From contig NC_042997.1 of assembly GCF_006345805.1 (NCBI RefSeq), positions 105,276,001-105,340,000 of the forward strand: 64,000 nt of DNA, given 5' to 3'. This document shows, in pieces, positions 1 through 13,823 of the stretch. The stretch comes from Octopus sinensis (taxonomy: Eukaryota). The translations under genes and the position numbers were made by a program. The notes beneath the pieces were generated by a model, which searched no databases, had not been told where the DNA came from, and saw nothing but the letters and a program-made list of their open reading frames with translations. Numbering within the stretch: position 1 is the stretch's first letter; each line of letters begins with the position of its first letter.

Positions 1-300
1 TGGACATGTTTACAAAGTCAGAAAACAGCACAACTCCCATGACTTTCGGAAACATTTTTTCACGCTAAGAGTTGCTGGAGTATGGAACAAACTGCCGGCA
101 TCAGTTGTTAGTTGTCGGAGCGCTGCATCCTTCAAAACTATGCTTCCTGAGATTTGCCAACACTACACCTGATTTTCTCCCCTCCATACACACGCAAGCA
201 TGCATCTGACTCATACACAGACATTTATACATTACTGCATATGCTTTATACGCACTTTTGACAAGTTGTGGTGCACCTGAGAACTGTATACAATAATTGC
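1..300 (+). mobile_element. CR1-type LINE 3' end (ORF2 C-terminus plus 3' UTR)
   Basis: 2..172 translates GHVYKVRKQHNSHDFRKHFFTLRVAGVWNKLPASVVSCRSAASFK..*, matching the CR1 ORF2 terminal motif GH..K...RK.FF..RV...WN.LP; followed by a (TTA)n tract. Confidence 0.85.
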
Positions 301-302
301 AT

Positions 303-369
303 TATCTATTATTATTATTATTTATTATTATTATTTTATTATTATTATTATTATTATTTATTATTATTA

Positions 370-400
<31 letters not shown>

Positions 401-424
401 TTATTATTATTATTATTATTATTA

Positions 425-513
<89 letters not shown>

Positions 514-525
514 TAATAATAATAT
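303..525. repeat. (TTA)n then (TAA)n inverted microsatellite
   Basis: TTA repeats switch to TAA repeats near 461. Confidence 0.95.
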
Positions 526-1640
526 AGAAATGTTCTTTCTAAAATGTTTGAAATGATTTGTTCTATGGGGTTGGGAAGCATTTACTATACCTGTATCCAA
601 ACTTTGTTTTAATCGCTGGCATCCGTATTCACTTTCTTGAAGAAACATGTCCGTTATCTACCCCCCTCATATTCATAAAAGTACACATTTGGAAAAGAAA
701 TATAAGTTTTCCATAAGTTTTCCACTTTCACTAAGAGAGGTATTTCTAAACTGTACAGATCTTGTTCTACACAGTTTGGTTTCAAAAGGAAATACTTTCC
801 AGTTGTATTTTGTAACAATCATGATACAGAAGTAGTTGGTTCATTTAAACACAACTGAGGGGCATTGGCTTACATGATCCGAATAGAGTGCGAAGTGTAC
901 AAAAGCCAGAAATAGTGGTAACGATGGTGATATTTTAGATGTCCATTCATTAAATCGGAAGTGTTAACAGCTATTTTATTTGATGTGCTATCTCAACTAA
1001 AGTGCTTGTCTTACAAAAGTCTGCTTAACAAATATTCTTTCCCATATACACTATTAGTCACGTCTTTTGAAGAATTCTTTAGTAGCCAAGCTATGGCATT
1101 TCCGCGCATTCATTGATATAATTTGATGATTCAAACGAAACATGCATTTTATTGATGTAGCAATCAATAATATTTGGCTGTAGTTTATTTTCTAATTTAA
1201 AGTTTATCATAGGTATAGCTGATATAATAGTGCCGCTTTTTGATGTCTTACCTTCCGAGATCTTACTCTCTTTTATAATTTGATTTTCCCGGAGGAAATA
1301 ATTGCAAGATCTGTTAATTAATCAAAGTTAAATCACGAATCTGGCAACAAAGCTGTTCTCTTTCATTGGCTGAAGATATATTCTGTTAATTTCTCTTCTG
1401 ACTCTGATTTAATGAAATACTTTTGTAGTGCTTTTAATTGAAATCATTTTCTCAATGAATTTTTTCTCTGTTCTGAAAGTGTTTCTGCATACATTGGGAG
1501 ATGGAATGAGCTGTATAACAGTTTCTGCATGATAGGTAACATCTTGTAACTGCTGAGTACACACGGCAATTACATTGTCAAATGTATCTGCATATCTCCC
1601 GATCAGTTTATCTATCTATCTATATATCTATCTATCTCTC

Positions 1641-2053
1641 TCTTTTTACTCTTTTTACTCTTTTACTTGTTTCAGTCATTTGACTGTGGTCATGCTGGAG
1701 CACCGCCTTTTAGTCGATCAAATCGACCCCAGGACTTATTCTTTGTAAGCTTAGTACTTATTCTATCGGTCTTTTTTGCCGAACCGCTAAGTTACGGGGA
1801 CGTAAACACACCAGCATCGGTTGTCAAGCGATGTTGGGAGGACAAACACAGACACACAAACACACACTCATATAAATATATACATATATACGACGGGCTT
1901 CTTTCAGTTTCCGTCTACCAAATCCACTCACAAGGCTTTGGTCGGCCCGAGACTATAGTAGAAGACACTTGCCCAAGGTACCACGCAGTGGGACTGAACC
2001 CGGAACCATGTGGTTCGTAAGCAAGCTACTTACCACACAGCCACTCCTACGCC
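1641..2053 (-). mobile_element. tRNA-derived SINE family A, full length
   Basis: Reverse complement starts GGCGTAGGAGTGGCTGTGTGG (A box), has GGTTCAGTCCC (B box) and ends in an (AAAGAGTA)n tail; (TATC)n on both sides; homologous to copies at 3.2, 14.5, 33.6 and 35.6 kb. Confidence 0.92.
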
Positions 2054-3156
2054 TATCTATCTATCTATCTATCTATCTATTTATTTAAAAAGACCTATGA
2101 TTAAAGACGAAAATACCTTCAAGCTATAGTCATCATAACTTTTATTCAGAACATCATCCAGCGTGTCCTTACTCGTTAACACAACAAGGTGTGGTTTCAG
2201 GGAAATGTGACTGCGGTTTCTAGCAAAACGGTCAATGTGTAGCGACTTTCTCCCATGTTCGACCGTATTTCTAAACTCTGATTATGCAAGCCTATAGACA
2301 GAAATTTCCTTTTGTAAAGGTATGTGGGGACGCGTTATTTAATGTGTCCTTTTCATACTTTAGCAGGCAGAGAGTAAATTGAGGGATATATGAGTATTCT
2401 GCAATAAAGCTTAGCAAATTGATTGGGTAAGAATTTTATTTTTGTCATATAGTTGTGGAAGGTATGTACGTGAAAATATATATATTCATATGTGGCATAG
2501 GCGCATCTGTGTGTTTAGACATTCGCTTCTCAACCTCGCAGCCAGTGTTTTCTACTACAGCGCCGGACCGTCAATGCTCTATGAGTGAATTTTGTAAAAA
2601 CAGGAACTGTGTGTGTGTTTGTGCTTGTGTGTTCGCGTGTGGTGTGTGTGTGTGTGCGTGAGTTTGTGTGTGTGTATGTGTACGTTTGTTTGTGTGTGTG
2701 CGTATTTTTTCTCTGTGTGTGAGTTTGTGTGTGAGTTGGTGTATGTGAGTTTGTGCTTGTGTGTGTGGGTATTCGTGTGTATCTGTGTGTATATGGGTTT
2801 GTGTGTGTGTGTGTTAGTGTGTGAAACGTTGTAGAGTGGGTGCTTGCGTATATGCGTGTGTATATGTTTATATGTGCGTTGTCGTTGTGTTTATCATCTA
2901 CCGCTACACACCATTGCCAGAAGGTGGTGGTTGATTTACGTCCCCATAATCACGTGGTTTGACAAAAGACAACAATAAAATAAATATGAGACAGTGAAAA
3001 AAATAAACTACTGGTGTCGATTTACTCAACGACAACCTTCAAAGCAGTGCTCCAGCATGACCACATTCCACTGACTGTAAAAGAATACACACCGACACGC
3101 GCAAACATACACACACATATACAACAACAACATCAACAACACACATACCCACACCA

Positions 3157-3693
<537 letters not shown>

Positions 3694-4519
3694 ATACATT
3701 ATACATTACAAAGAAACCTCTAAAATAAAAAAAAAGTTAAATCCGTATCTGTTACCCCTGGTCACTTGTATTTTAAGTACTTACCTATGCACTATAAAAT
3801 AACCGGTCATACTCTAATATTTCGGCCACCAATACCTATATAAATATTTATGTATAAACTAATAAACATTGATAAAAAGCAAAACAAATATTAATGTTTC
3901 CTGTTATTCCTGGCCATCCTGTTTTCGTGTTTAATTTTCGCTTGAACGCCTACGTTCACGCAGGAAGATCATTGTTGTCAACAGAGAGGTGGAGATTGAG
4001 CGAAAGGCTTGAACTAACTAAAACAATTTTTGGTCAACCGTGAAGGAACTTTCCATATATATACCGCACTTCCTAAACATGGTTCTTTGCTAATTGTTCT
4101 TTGATTGCCGTTTTCGGTCAATAAAGAAATTTGAAACCGCAGATGAATGATAGACACAGCAAACGGTGGTTGGGAGAGGGTGAGTACGTGTATGGTTAGG
4201 CTTGGATATATGTGTGTACGTGTGTGTGCGCGCGTACGCGTGTGTGCGCGCGTACGCGTGTGTGCGCGCGTACGCGTGGATGTATGTGCGCGTGCGCATA
4301 TTTTTTTATATATGTTTTTGCTTGCCTTAATTCTGAAATAGAATCCTCTGCAATATTTGAATATATTCTATAAAGGTCAATCTATTCAAATCAAGATCAG
4401 TAATTAAAAATTCAGTTTGTGACGTTAATTGAATGGAGGTTAAACTGAACTTCACGATAATCTTATTGCTGTTAAAGTTTACTGGATGCACTAATTAATA
4501 TTTTTTTGCGCTCCACACA

Positions 4520-5100
4520 GTATCTACAACGGAACTTCTCACTTTCATCGGCAGATCGAGAAATTAATTTTTTGTAAGTAAACACTTTCAAACTTCGGAC
4601 ACTGGTAGAATGTATCATATAAAACATCTTTTACTTTTAGCGTTGTTGAGAAAAGTTTCTATTTACGAAGTTATTTCGTGTTAAATTTTTCATATTTCGG
4701 TAATTTCAACCAATCAATCACGTGTATTCAGCTGAATAAAATTACTACTGTTGCTTGTCAACAACAATCGGCGGTGTGTATTTCGTTTGTTACTGTTATT
4801 TATGACATCATTCGTGTGTTTGTACTGGTTTTAGCGTTAGGGTTTTAGGGTTAGGGTTACGGAAAAAGTGAAAAATGAAGAAATTGGAGGGGGAGGAGTA
4901 AGGGGGCAAAAATATTTCAAAATTCCGATTTTTGGCAATTTTCCGGAATCTCTGTATCCGAAAGGCTGGGGTGTTTTTTTTTTTGCCAAAAAAAAATAAA
5001 TAAAAAAAAAACAATAATTTTTGAGAAAATGGGGAGCGGTGTGCGGGAGGAAGTCTTTCCGAAAATAAATGCGAAATACACATTTTTGGATCCATACATT
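4520..5100. repeat. Unclassified repeat-like segment with short telomere-like TTAGGG tract
   Basis: GTTAGGGTTTTAGGGTTAGGGTT at about 4836..4858; no second copy in the window, so class is unresolved. Confidence 0.35.
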
Positions 5101-5456
5101 TGCATCCATATGAGAGTTGTAATTTATTTTATCCAATCAGGAAGGATAAATGGGAAAATGGACCGTGGTGAGATTTCAACTTCGAATGCAAAGAACTGAG
5201 AAAAATAACGCAAAGTGCTTTTCTGACATTCTGCCACTTCAGCACCCTTAAAACCTTGTAAGTTATGTGCACGGTAGCAATTTTATAGGAAGGTTCAGTT
5301 AGATAATTTGAATCAGTACAAACTAATGCTTAATTTGTTTTCCATTTCGACAAGGTGAATGCAAAACTAACTCACTGGAATTCAGGACACAAATAGTTGG
5401 ATGGAATACATTTTGTCCGACGGCCAGTCAGTTTAATAATAATAATTTTTTCTATT

Positions 5457-6161
5457 AAGGCGGCGAGCTGGCAGAAACGTTAGCACGCCGGGCCAAATGC
5501 GTAGCTGTATTTCGTCTGCCGTTACGTTCTGAGTTCAAATTCTGTCGAGGTCGACTTTGCCTTTCATCCTTTCCATCATTTCGGAGTCGATTAAATAAGT
5601 ACCCGTTACGCAGTGGGGTCGATGCAATCGAATTAATCCGTTTGTCTGTCCTTGTTTGTTCCCTATGTGTTTAGCCCCTTGTGGGTAATAAACAAATAGG
5701 TATTTCGTCTGTCTTTACATTCTGAGTTCAAATTCCCCTGAGGTCGACTTTGCCTTTCATCATTTTTGGGTCGATAAATTAAATACCAGTTACGCACTGG
5801 AGACAATGTCATCGACTTAAACCCTTTGTCCTTATTTGTCTCCTCTATGTTTAGCCCCTTGTGGGCAATAGAGAAATAAGAAACGTTAGCACGCCGGGCG
5901 AAATGCGTAGCCGTATTTTGTCTGCCGTTACGTTCTGAGTTCAAATGCCGCCGAGGTCGATTTTGCCTTTCATCCTTTCGGGGTCGATAAATTATGTACC
6001 AGTTACGCACTGGAGTCGACCTATTTCTTTACTACCCACAAAGGGCTAAACACAAAGAGGACAAACAAGGACAGACAAACGGATTAAGTCGATTATAATT
6101 AAGACGAAATACGGCTACGCATTTCGCCCGGCGTGCTAGCGATTCGGCCAGCTCGTCGCCT
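5457..6161 (+). mobile_element. SINE family B array (three + units, then an inverted rearranged unit)
   Basis: Head AAGGCGGCGAGCTGGCAGAAACGTTAGC with B box GAGTTCAAATTC; core TTTGCCTTTCATCCTTTCGGGGTCGAT repeated at about 5560, 5750 and 5960; minus-strand tail and head pieces at 6021..6161. Confidence 0.9.
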
Positions 6162-6707
6162 GAACTCTAGTATTAATAATAATTTCTGATTCAAGCAAAA
6201 TGCCAAAAGATTTCGTGGGAGAGGATTAGTCGAAGCCATTGTGCACAATAGATCGCTAGATCTTTATTTTATCGGCAACGGAGAAATGAAGAGCTAAGTT
6301 GATTTTGTCCAGTTTTGAACGGAAGACATGACGCAAAAGAAAATTTTCCTCCGCTCTCACGAACCTAAGGCTAGTGCTGTAAGTAAAATATGAAGCTTTC
6401 CTTCTTACTAGGCGTGAAGTCTTAAGTAAATTAATGATTACAACTGGTTGAGAAATTGCTTCCGTTTGCGAGTATATTTTGAGACTATACTAAAATGGAA
6501 TCCAGCTTCAAACCATTAAAGTGACAGATGCTTTTTGGTGCGTGAAGAACTTGTCCCTTGAGCGAGTAAAAAGACGAAAGGAAATCAGTTCATGGGTACT
6601 TTTCTCTACTGGTTCGAACCGTGGTTCAACGACGGAAACACGCGTAAATAGACCCATGTACATCGCTTTTTTTCTTTATTTCTCTCTCTCTCTCTCTCTA
6701 CACACAC

Positions 6708-6743
<36 letters not shown>

Positions 6744-7156
6744 ATGTATGTATATATATATATGTATATATACACTCACGCATGAAACAAATGTAGTACA
6801 TATTTAATAAATTTAACAAGTTGGTCGTATGTAAGAGGTCAGGAAAAGTAAAAAAACAAAAACAAAACAACAGTCAAGCGTTGATATCCATTGCATAGAA
6901 ATTTATACACTAATTTCTACAAGTTTGTCAGCCAGTTTCCGTATTTCAAAACACACTTGTTACTCTTTCTTTCTTTCTTTCTTTCTTTCTTTATTTATTT
7001 ATTTATTTATTTATTTCTCCCTCTCTTTCTATTTTCCGCTCCCTGTCACATACCTTGTTGCCTCACACAATCACACACATATATGCATATATGTATGTAT
7101 GTTTGTAGTATGCGTGTATGGACGTATGTATGCGTCTATGCATGCATGCATGTATG

Positions 7157-7187
<31 letters not shown>

Positions 7188-7786
7188 ACTTATACGTATA
7201 TTAGTACAAATACGCAAATATGTATACATTTATATACATATGTACATACACCCAGTCGAGTTACAGACGTGTCCAAAAAAGAGAAAACGAGGGAAATTTG
7301 TGTATGTACACATGTATGTATACATGTGTTATACTATCCAAGAATATTCACCAATACGGTTTTTATTATTTTCATATGTATCCAAGACACCAGGAAGAAG
7401 AGAAACCAACCACCTCTCACAATCACTGTCTGCCTCCTGTCTCTGCCACACACACACACACACACATGCACGCACATGCACACATACATACACACGCAGA
7501 CACGAATAAAGCCAAAAACAATTAATACAAATCCGTGGTTGTGTTCCTGTTAATGCTGTTAATAGTAATCTTTGGTGCTCGTGTTGTTGTTGTTGTGGTT
7601 GATATTCATGTTGTTGTTATTGTTGTAGACGATGTGGGGGTAGGGAGCTGTTATTTGATTTATTACAGTCAACATATAAAATTGGGTGGGTGAATGTAAT
7701 ACATACGTGCGATGAAAGAGAAAGTAAGATAATACTGCTATACATGTGGGTTGTCAACATCCGTATCAACACACACACACACACAA

Positions 7787-7826
<40 letters not shown>

Positions 7827-8267
7827 ATAGAAATCATGAATATATGTCACATCCACTCACACGGAAACACAAGCATAATTATGTATACCAGAGTTTATAC
7901 ACGGAAATACGCGTGGTTCCATTTTATACACAAAAAATGTACATATTCCGCAAGCTGAACCATAAACGTGTGCGTATGTATTATGTGTGTGTGTGTGTGC
8001 GTGTTATGAATACATACATGCATACACATATTGCCATATACATAAATAACATGTATACATATACACACGTATTAATATAATTATATATGCAATCACACAT
8101 ATATATATATACATACATATATATATATATATATGTGTATGTACGTATGTATGCATATGTGCATGTATGTATGAATGTATATTATACATAACATATATAA
8201 GTATATGCTATATATATATATATAGCATATATATAAATGTATGCATATACATGTATGTCCCCCTCCC

Positions 8268-8335
<68 letters not shown>

Positions 8336-8675
8336 CAGCATTACTAGCATATTTGATTGCATGTCAACTGGAATATTTAGAAGTTTGAACAAACATACAT
8401 ATAAGTATGAATAATTGTATGTAAATGTAGTAATAATTTCAGAATTTGGCAAAACACCAATCATTTGAAGGAAAGAAAGGTTAGTCAGTTCTCTCTATAC
8501 CAGTAAATCATTGGTACTTTTATGAACCTAAGAAAGATGAAATCTTAAGTCCGATTTGAACTCCGAATTTAAACTGTCAGAAGAGATGCCGATCTGCAAT
8601 TTTTTTTTTTTTCTTGTCGCGCTAAGGATTCAGCACGCATGCTTCTTTGATGATAATATGGAATAAATGACGGCG

Positions 8676-8908
8676 AAGGCGGCGAGCTGGCAGAAACGTT
8701 AGCACGCCGGGCGAAATGCCTAGCAGTATTTCGCCTGCCTTTACGTTCCGAGTTCAAATTCCGCCGAGGTCGACTTTGCCTTTCATCCTTTCGGGGTCGA
8801 TTAAATAAGTACCATTTAATCACTGGGGTCGATGTAATCGACTTAATCCCTTTGTCTGTCCATGTTTGTCCCCTCTATGTTTAGCTCCCTGTGGGTAATA
8901 AAGAAATA
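8676..8908 (+). mobile_element. SINE family B, full length
   Basis: tRNA-like head, central GCCTTTCATCCTTTCGGGGTCGATTAAATAAGTACC (resembles the Deu/Nin-type SINE domain, from memory), tail GTAATAAAGAAATA. Confidence 0.92.
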
Positions 8909-9959
8909 AATATGGAATGAATGACAACGTATTTTCAGAAAATTATCAATGTTTGAAACAGATATTTTATAAAAGGTGACAAACGGTTTTGCATTAAGAT
9001 TAACGTCGATTGGGATTTATTACAAAATCTCTTCGTGAAAGAGATTTTATAGTGCTGACGGCGGGGTTCACAGAGAGTGAACAAAACGAAATTGCACTTT
9101 TGTTGCTCTTCCATGTTATTGATTCTGAGTGAAATCCCAACCGTATTTATGAAAAGATACAAAGTAGACGCCAACCTGAATTTAAAGAGCGGACATTTTA
9201 AAATATATTTGTTTACTTTCTTTAAGTCTGGTATTAACGAGCTGATGAACATAGGAACATGTGTATTCAAGTTTTTTTGTGAAATTTAAAGGTGAAATAT
9301 GGTTCACGTCAATTTATAATTCCAATTCTGTCATCAAGTTCTAATTTGGTGATCATGTCTTTTGAGGAAGCTTCGCTGTTGAGACATAAAGCATAACCGG
9401 TTTCTTGTCACTTGTAGATTTCAGAGTATGCATTGATAAGTTTTCTTGTCAATACCGGAAAGGCTCTAGGTTTTATCAGAGTGAACGAAAGAATTATTGA
9501 TGTTTTCAGTTATATTCATTTTGGTCTAATCTTCCAGTTACAATTTGATAATTTTGTTATTGCACTTCATATTTATGATGATACAAAACTTATCTTCAAT
9601 AGATTATAAAAGAAAGTTAAGTCGAGGATTTCATGTGTTTATATACCATATATATTATTATATATGTTAATATATTATTTTAATGTTTACGGAGTGAAAA
9701 TACTTCTCGCATATATATGTATCTGTTTGTGTATGCGTGGGCACTGCGTGCATATGTGTGTTTGCGCGCGCATGTGTGCATATATATGTATGTCCATGTC
9801 TACAAAGGGGGAGTGAAATCAAACTAATGACTTCCAAAGATAGTTTTCTTTAGAGTTGTTGCAGAAACCATATCGATATGTGGGCATGAATACTGAACAT
9901 TTGCAAACATAATAGCAGACCAAATGGAACACATGTTCCACTAAGGGCTGTCAACAAGG

Positions 9960-10200
9960 TCTTTTGAAAACAAAATTCACCATACAGTGTATTATATGTC
10001 AATATACTAGAATTAACTGAAGACATCAAACAACGAAGACTCAAGTTTTTTGCTCAAAGATAAAGTTTTACGTCAGCCAGTACATAACAGAAAAAGAAGC
10101 AAAGCTCGCGAACATATGGACGGCATTTGCTGGAAGACATAAACCTTGTAAAAAAACACTTCACTTCAGAGATAACAGAGGTCTGGGAAACGCCGCCAAT
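9960..10200 (+). mobile_element. Decayed RTE-like LINE fragment
   Basis: ELTEDIKQRRLKFFA resembles the RTE C-terminal I..RRL.F.GH motif; frames are broken. Confidence 0.4.
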
Positions 10201-10289
10201 GGGACGTCTATGCACTCGATATCACACACACACAAGCACACACAAGCACATGCACACACATACACAAACACACATACATACATTCTTCC

Positions 10290-10460
10290 ACTTTCACTTG
10301 TTTCAGTCATCTAGCTGCGGCCATGCTGGGGCACCGCCTCGAAGGCGTCTAGTCGGACAAATACACCCCAGGAATTTTTTTTAACCAAGTACTTATTCTA
10401 TAGGTCTCTTCTGTTGAACCGCCAAGTTACGGGGACGTAAACACACCAACACCGATGAAC
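10290..10460 (-). mobile_element. SINE family A, 3' half
   Basis: CTTGTTTCAGTCAT..GCGGCCATGCTGGGGCACCGCC..GAACCGCCAAGTTACGGGGACGTAAACACACC matches family A. Confidence 0.85.
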
Positions 10461-11323
10461 AACACCAAGCCGAGCAAATTGAAAGTCTTTCATAGATTTA
10501 GTATTTTCTATGGAATCTAATGTCAATTTGTTGGTTATTTTAATTTCTCTAATCCACATCTGATTGGTGGGAAATGTCTTGTCTGAATCCTGCTACAGTT
10601 ACAATAACTTTTGAACGCTCTCTCAGTCGGTTTTCAGATTTCGCTTAGACAAAACGGCTCCAAGATGGCTCCTGATGGCTTCCATCCAGATAAGCCATCA
10701 CTGAACGATGGCTTAAGTGGCCGAAACTTCGAAGTAACTTTCAATATTCTTACAAAAGTACAGAGTAACCCTTTATTTTAATATAATTTTTTTTAATAAT
10801 AATTAAACATAAAACAAACAATATGTTTGGCATTTCACATTGATGACAGCTAAAGCGCTAGAAACACGTCAGGCAATCCGACAAGAATCGGATCCATGTG
10901 GTTTTCGCCACGGTTGAAAAAAAATCTTTTTAATGTATCATATAGATGTAATTTTTGACGCTGAATCCGAATTTGTTATTCATTTATTCCAGGAAATTTT
11001 TACAAAAATGTCGCAGGTGTTCAAAGTTTGATAGTTTTTAGAAATTTCAGCCAATCAGAAATCAGCGCGTTCACTGTTTCTTCCATCATCAGCGTTGGGG
11101 GACATCGGTATGTCAAAACATTGCTAGAAATAAGAGTCAAAGTATTAGAATATACATAAATGAAGTTAACATTAAAACATTCGCGAGCAAATTAAATATT
11201 TAAAAGCTACGAACAAAGAAACCAAAAGGAGTTGCTAGAAATAACAGTTTCGATCAGACATTTATTAGTTAAAAAATTCAAACATGAAAGTTTTCAATAC
11301 ACTCTAGGATCTTATAAAATATA

Positions 11324-11621
11324 CTAGCTGACCCCGTGCCTTCAAAAATGACAGCTATTTGTAGTATTTTTGTAGTATAGGATGGCAAATCAAATTAATA
11401 CATTTGTCAATGATATCTAGTGGTTGTCTTTACACACACACACACACACACGCAAACTTTCATATACCTCCCTTTTACATTTACACACATATACACACAC
11501 ACAGTTGAAAAATTCCCACTACCAGTTAGTCATCACCCGTTCCTTCCTTTTTCATTAATCATCCTTTCCTTTCTCATTCATGCATTGTGACGGAGAAAAA
11601 CACAAGAGTATTATTATAGTA
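11324..11621 (-). mobile_element. Non-autonomous Helitron-like element
   Basis: Minus-strand 3' end GGCACGGGGTCAGCTAG followed by T; 5' end region TACTATAATAATAC abuts the mariner TIR. Confidence 0.5.
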
Positions 11622-12387
11622 TTAGGTTGTTCCAAAAATAATGACCGCTCGAAGTGTTGTGTTTTGGAAGGCAATTTTATCAGATTATTTTAATTACATT
11701 TTAGGTGAATATCGACATACTTAATAATTGATGCATGCTCTTTAACACATTTCTCCTTATTTCAGACAGATTACATTCTTGAAGCATATGCGCCCTCAAT
11801 TATGAACATGACAAAATAGACCTTCGCTTACTTTTCTCGCATGAGTTCAAGCTTCGGCACAATTCCTCCCAAACTGCTGCCAATATAAACAGAGCATGGG
11901 AGAGGGGTTCACAAGTGATCGCACAGTACGAAGGTGGTTTCGGAAATTCCGTAGTGATGATGAGAGCCTTGAAGATGAAGAAAGCAGAGGACAGTCATGC
12001 AATCTTGTCAATTAACAATTGAAAGCAATTACTGAACAAAACCCACGTCAAAATGTCAGAGAATTGTCTCAGGCATTCGGTGTTGGTATTGCAACGGTCT
12101 CACAGAATCTACAGAAGATTGGTAGGTGAAAAAATTCGATAAATGGGTACTGCATAAGCCCAATGAAAATGTTCAGTGCTTTGAAGTGTGCTCGATGCTC
12201 TTTCTGCGAAATACCAATGATCCATTTCTTGACCGAATAATCACTTGTGACGAAAAATGGATCCTTTATGATATCTGTAAACGATCGGGTCGATGGCTTG
12301 ATCATGATGACTCCCACAAACATTTCCCAAAGCCAAAGTTGATCAGCAAAATATTATGGTGATTGTCTGGTGGCCTACAATGGTGTT
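11622..12387 (+). mobile_element. Mariner transposon relic, 3' truncated
   Basis: TIR TTAGGTTGTTCCAAAAATAATGACCG; frameshifted transposase with VRRWFRKFRS, KWVLHK and FLDRIITCDEKWILYD. Confidence 0.92.
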
Positions 12388-12404
12388 AAAATTTCCATTT
12401 TAAT

Positions 12405-12915
12405 AAATTTTCATTTCCCTTTGATATGATTAAGTATTGTAAGTTTTTGGATAATTTACGGTTTTTAAAAGTTGGCATTTTTTTATTGCCGGCGAAGGGC
12501 TGCGGCTGCACAGCAGATTTTGAAAAAATTAGAATGTATAAACAAGAGGCACAAAGATTGATTGCCTCGTGTCTGTATATTTAACTAAAGATGTTCCTGC
12601 TGAGGACGATTTCAACTAGCGAGTATATATTATTTTACTTGGTAAACTAAAATCAGAAACCAGTTGGTCCAGAAAACTAGATGGTAAAATGTTTATATTT
12701 TTTCATTTCGTTCCTGTTGAATGTTATCCCTTTTGTGGTTATGGAACCTAGCTGTTCTTCATAGCGTATTGAATCCCACAAGTGGATTTCTCATATGTTT
12801 AAATGTATACTGTATTTTGTGACTAATACATAGTCTTTGGACTAAATTTTTACACGTTACACCACTGGAAATGAAAAGTTTGATTAATTTCCATTTCCCT
12901 TTGATATGATTAAGT

Positions 12916-12916
<1 letters not shown>
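12405..12916 (+). mobile_element. 480-bp HHR-bearing element (one unit plus about 30-bp terminal repeat), retrozyme-like
   Basis: CATTTCCCTTTGATATGATTAAGTA occurs at 12412 and 12892 (period 480); right end fuses to (TA)n; patchy homology and shared hairpins with the 491-bp unit at 57 kb. Confidence 0.75.
12594..12676 (+). ncRNA. Type I hammerhead ribozyme, variant or decayed
   Basis: TTCCTG-CTGAGGA(12600-06)-C-GATTT..CGAGTA/TACTTG..AAATC-A-GAAA(12656-59)-CC-AGTT-GG-TC^(12669)-CAGAAA; stem I 5 of 6 bp, C.A opposition at 10.1/11.1. Confidence 0.7.
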
Positions 12917-13005
<89 letters not shown>

Positions 13006-13014
13006 TAGATAGAT

Positions 13015-13083
<69 letters not shown>
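12917..13083. repeat. (TA)n then (TAGA)n microsatellite
   Basis: Read directly from the sequence. Confidence 0.95.
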
Positions 13084-13084
<1 letters not shown>

Positions 13085-13790
13085 GCACACACAAATAAAT
13101 ACACAACACACAAAGACTCACACATACATAGATGCACATATATTAAATATTTACGTATCTTGAAGTATGTAGCTGCTAATTTTGACTTGCGTCGGACAAG
13201 ATTAACTATTAATAAGGAATGTGTTATGATATGCATCGAAACTATTATGAAGAAACATCCACACCCGAGAAAACAATACAAATTAATGGGTGTGTTTAGA
13301 GTTGATGCTGTTAATAGTAATTTTGGTGTTGCTGTTGCTGTTCATATCGAGATTCATGTTGGTACTCGTGTTGGTGGTGTTCACTATGTGAGAGTGAAAC
13401 AATTATTTGATTTATTACAGACAACATAAAAAAACTGGGTGGGTGAATGTAATACAAATACGTGATAAAAGAAAAAGCAAGATTAGCCCTTTAAACATGT
13501 GCGGTATCAATATTCATATCGACATACATGAATTTCAGCATAAACAGTCATATATACAGTTACAACGTGAATTATGTAAGTCAAAGCATACATAAGGAAA
13601 TACGTATTGTTCATTATTATTCCCACAAAGATATAAAAAATGCTTCGCACACACACACACAGACACAAACACATATACACGCACACACACACGTAGAGTA
13701 TGAATGAATGTGTATGTCTGCGTGTTTGTGTTACATGTATGTGTCTTTATATATATGTATACATACATACATATATATACATATATATAC

Positions 13791-13823
<33 letters not shown>

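Noticed and set aside
4836-4858. Telomere or chromosome-fusion scar
   Set aside because: Only about three TTAGGG units inside a longer segment; too short to support.
5700-5880. SINE B tandem units as retrozymes
   Set aside because: No hammerhead core on either strand of the 184-bp unit.
6591-6660. CATGGGT/ACCCATG hairpin enclosing GAAACACGCGTA
   Set aside because: No CUGANGA at the required position.
10702-10880. CTGAACGATGGC..GCCGAAACTTC and TTGATGACAGC..GCTAGAAACACGTC
   Set aside because: Penelope-like flavour, but the core is altered and stem I does not pair.
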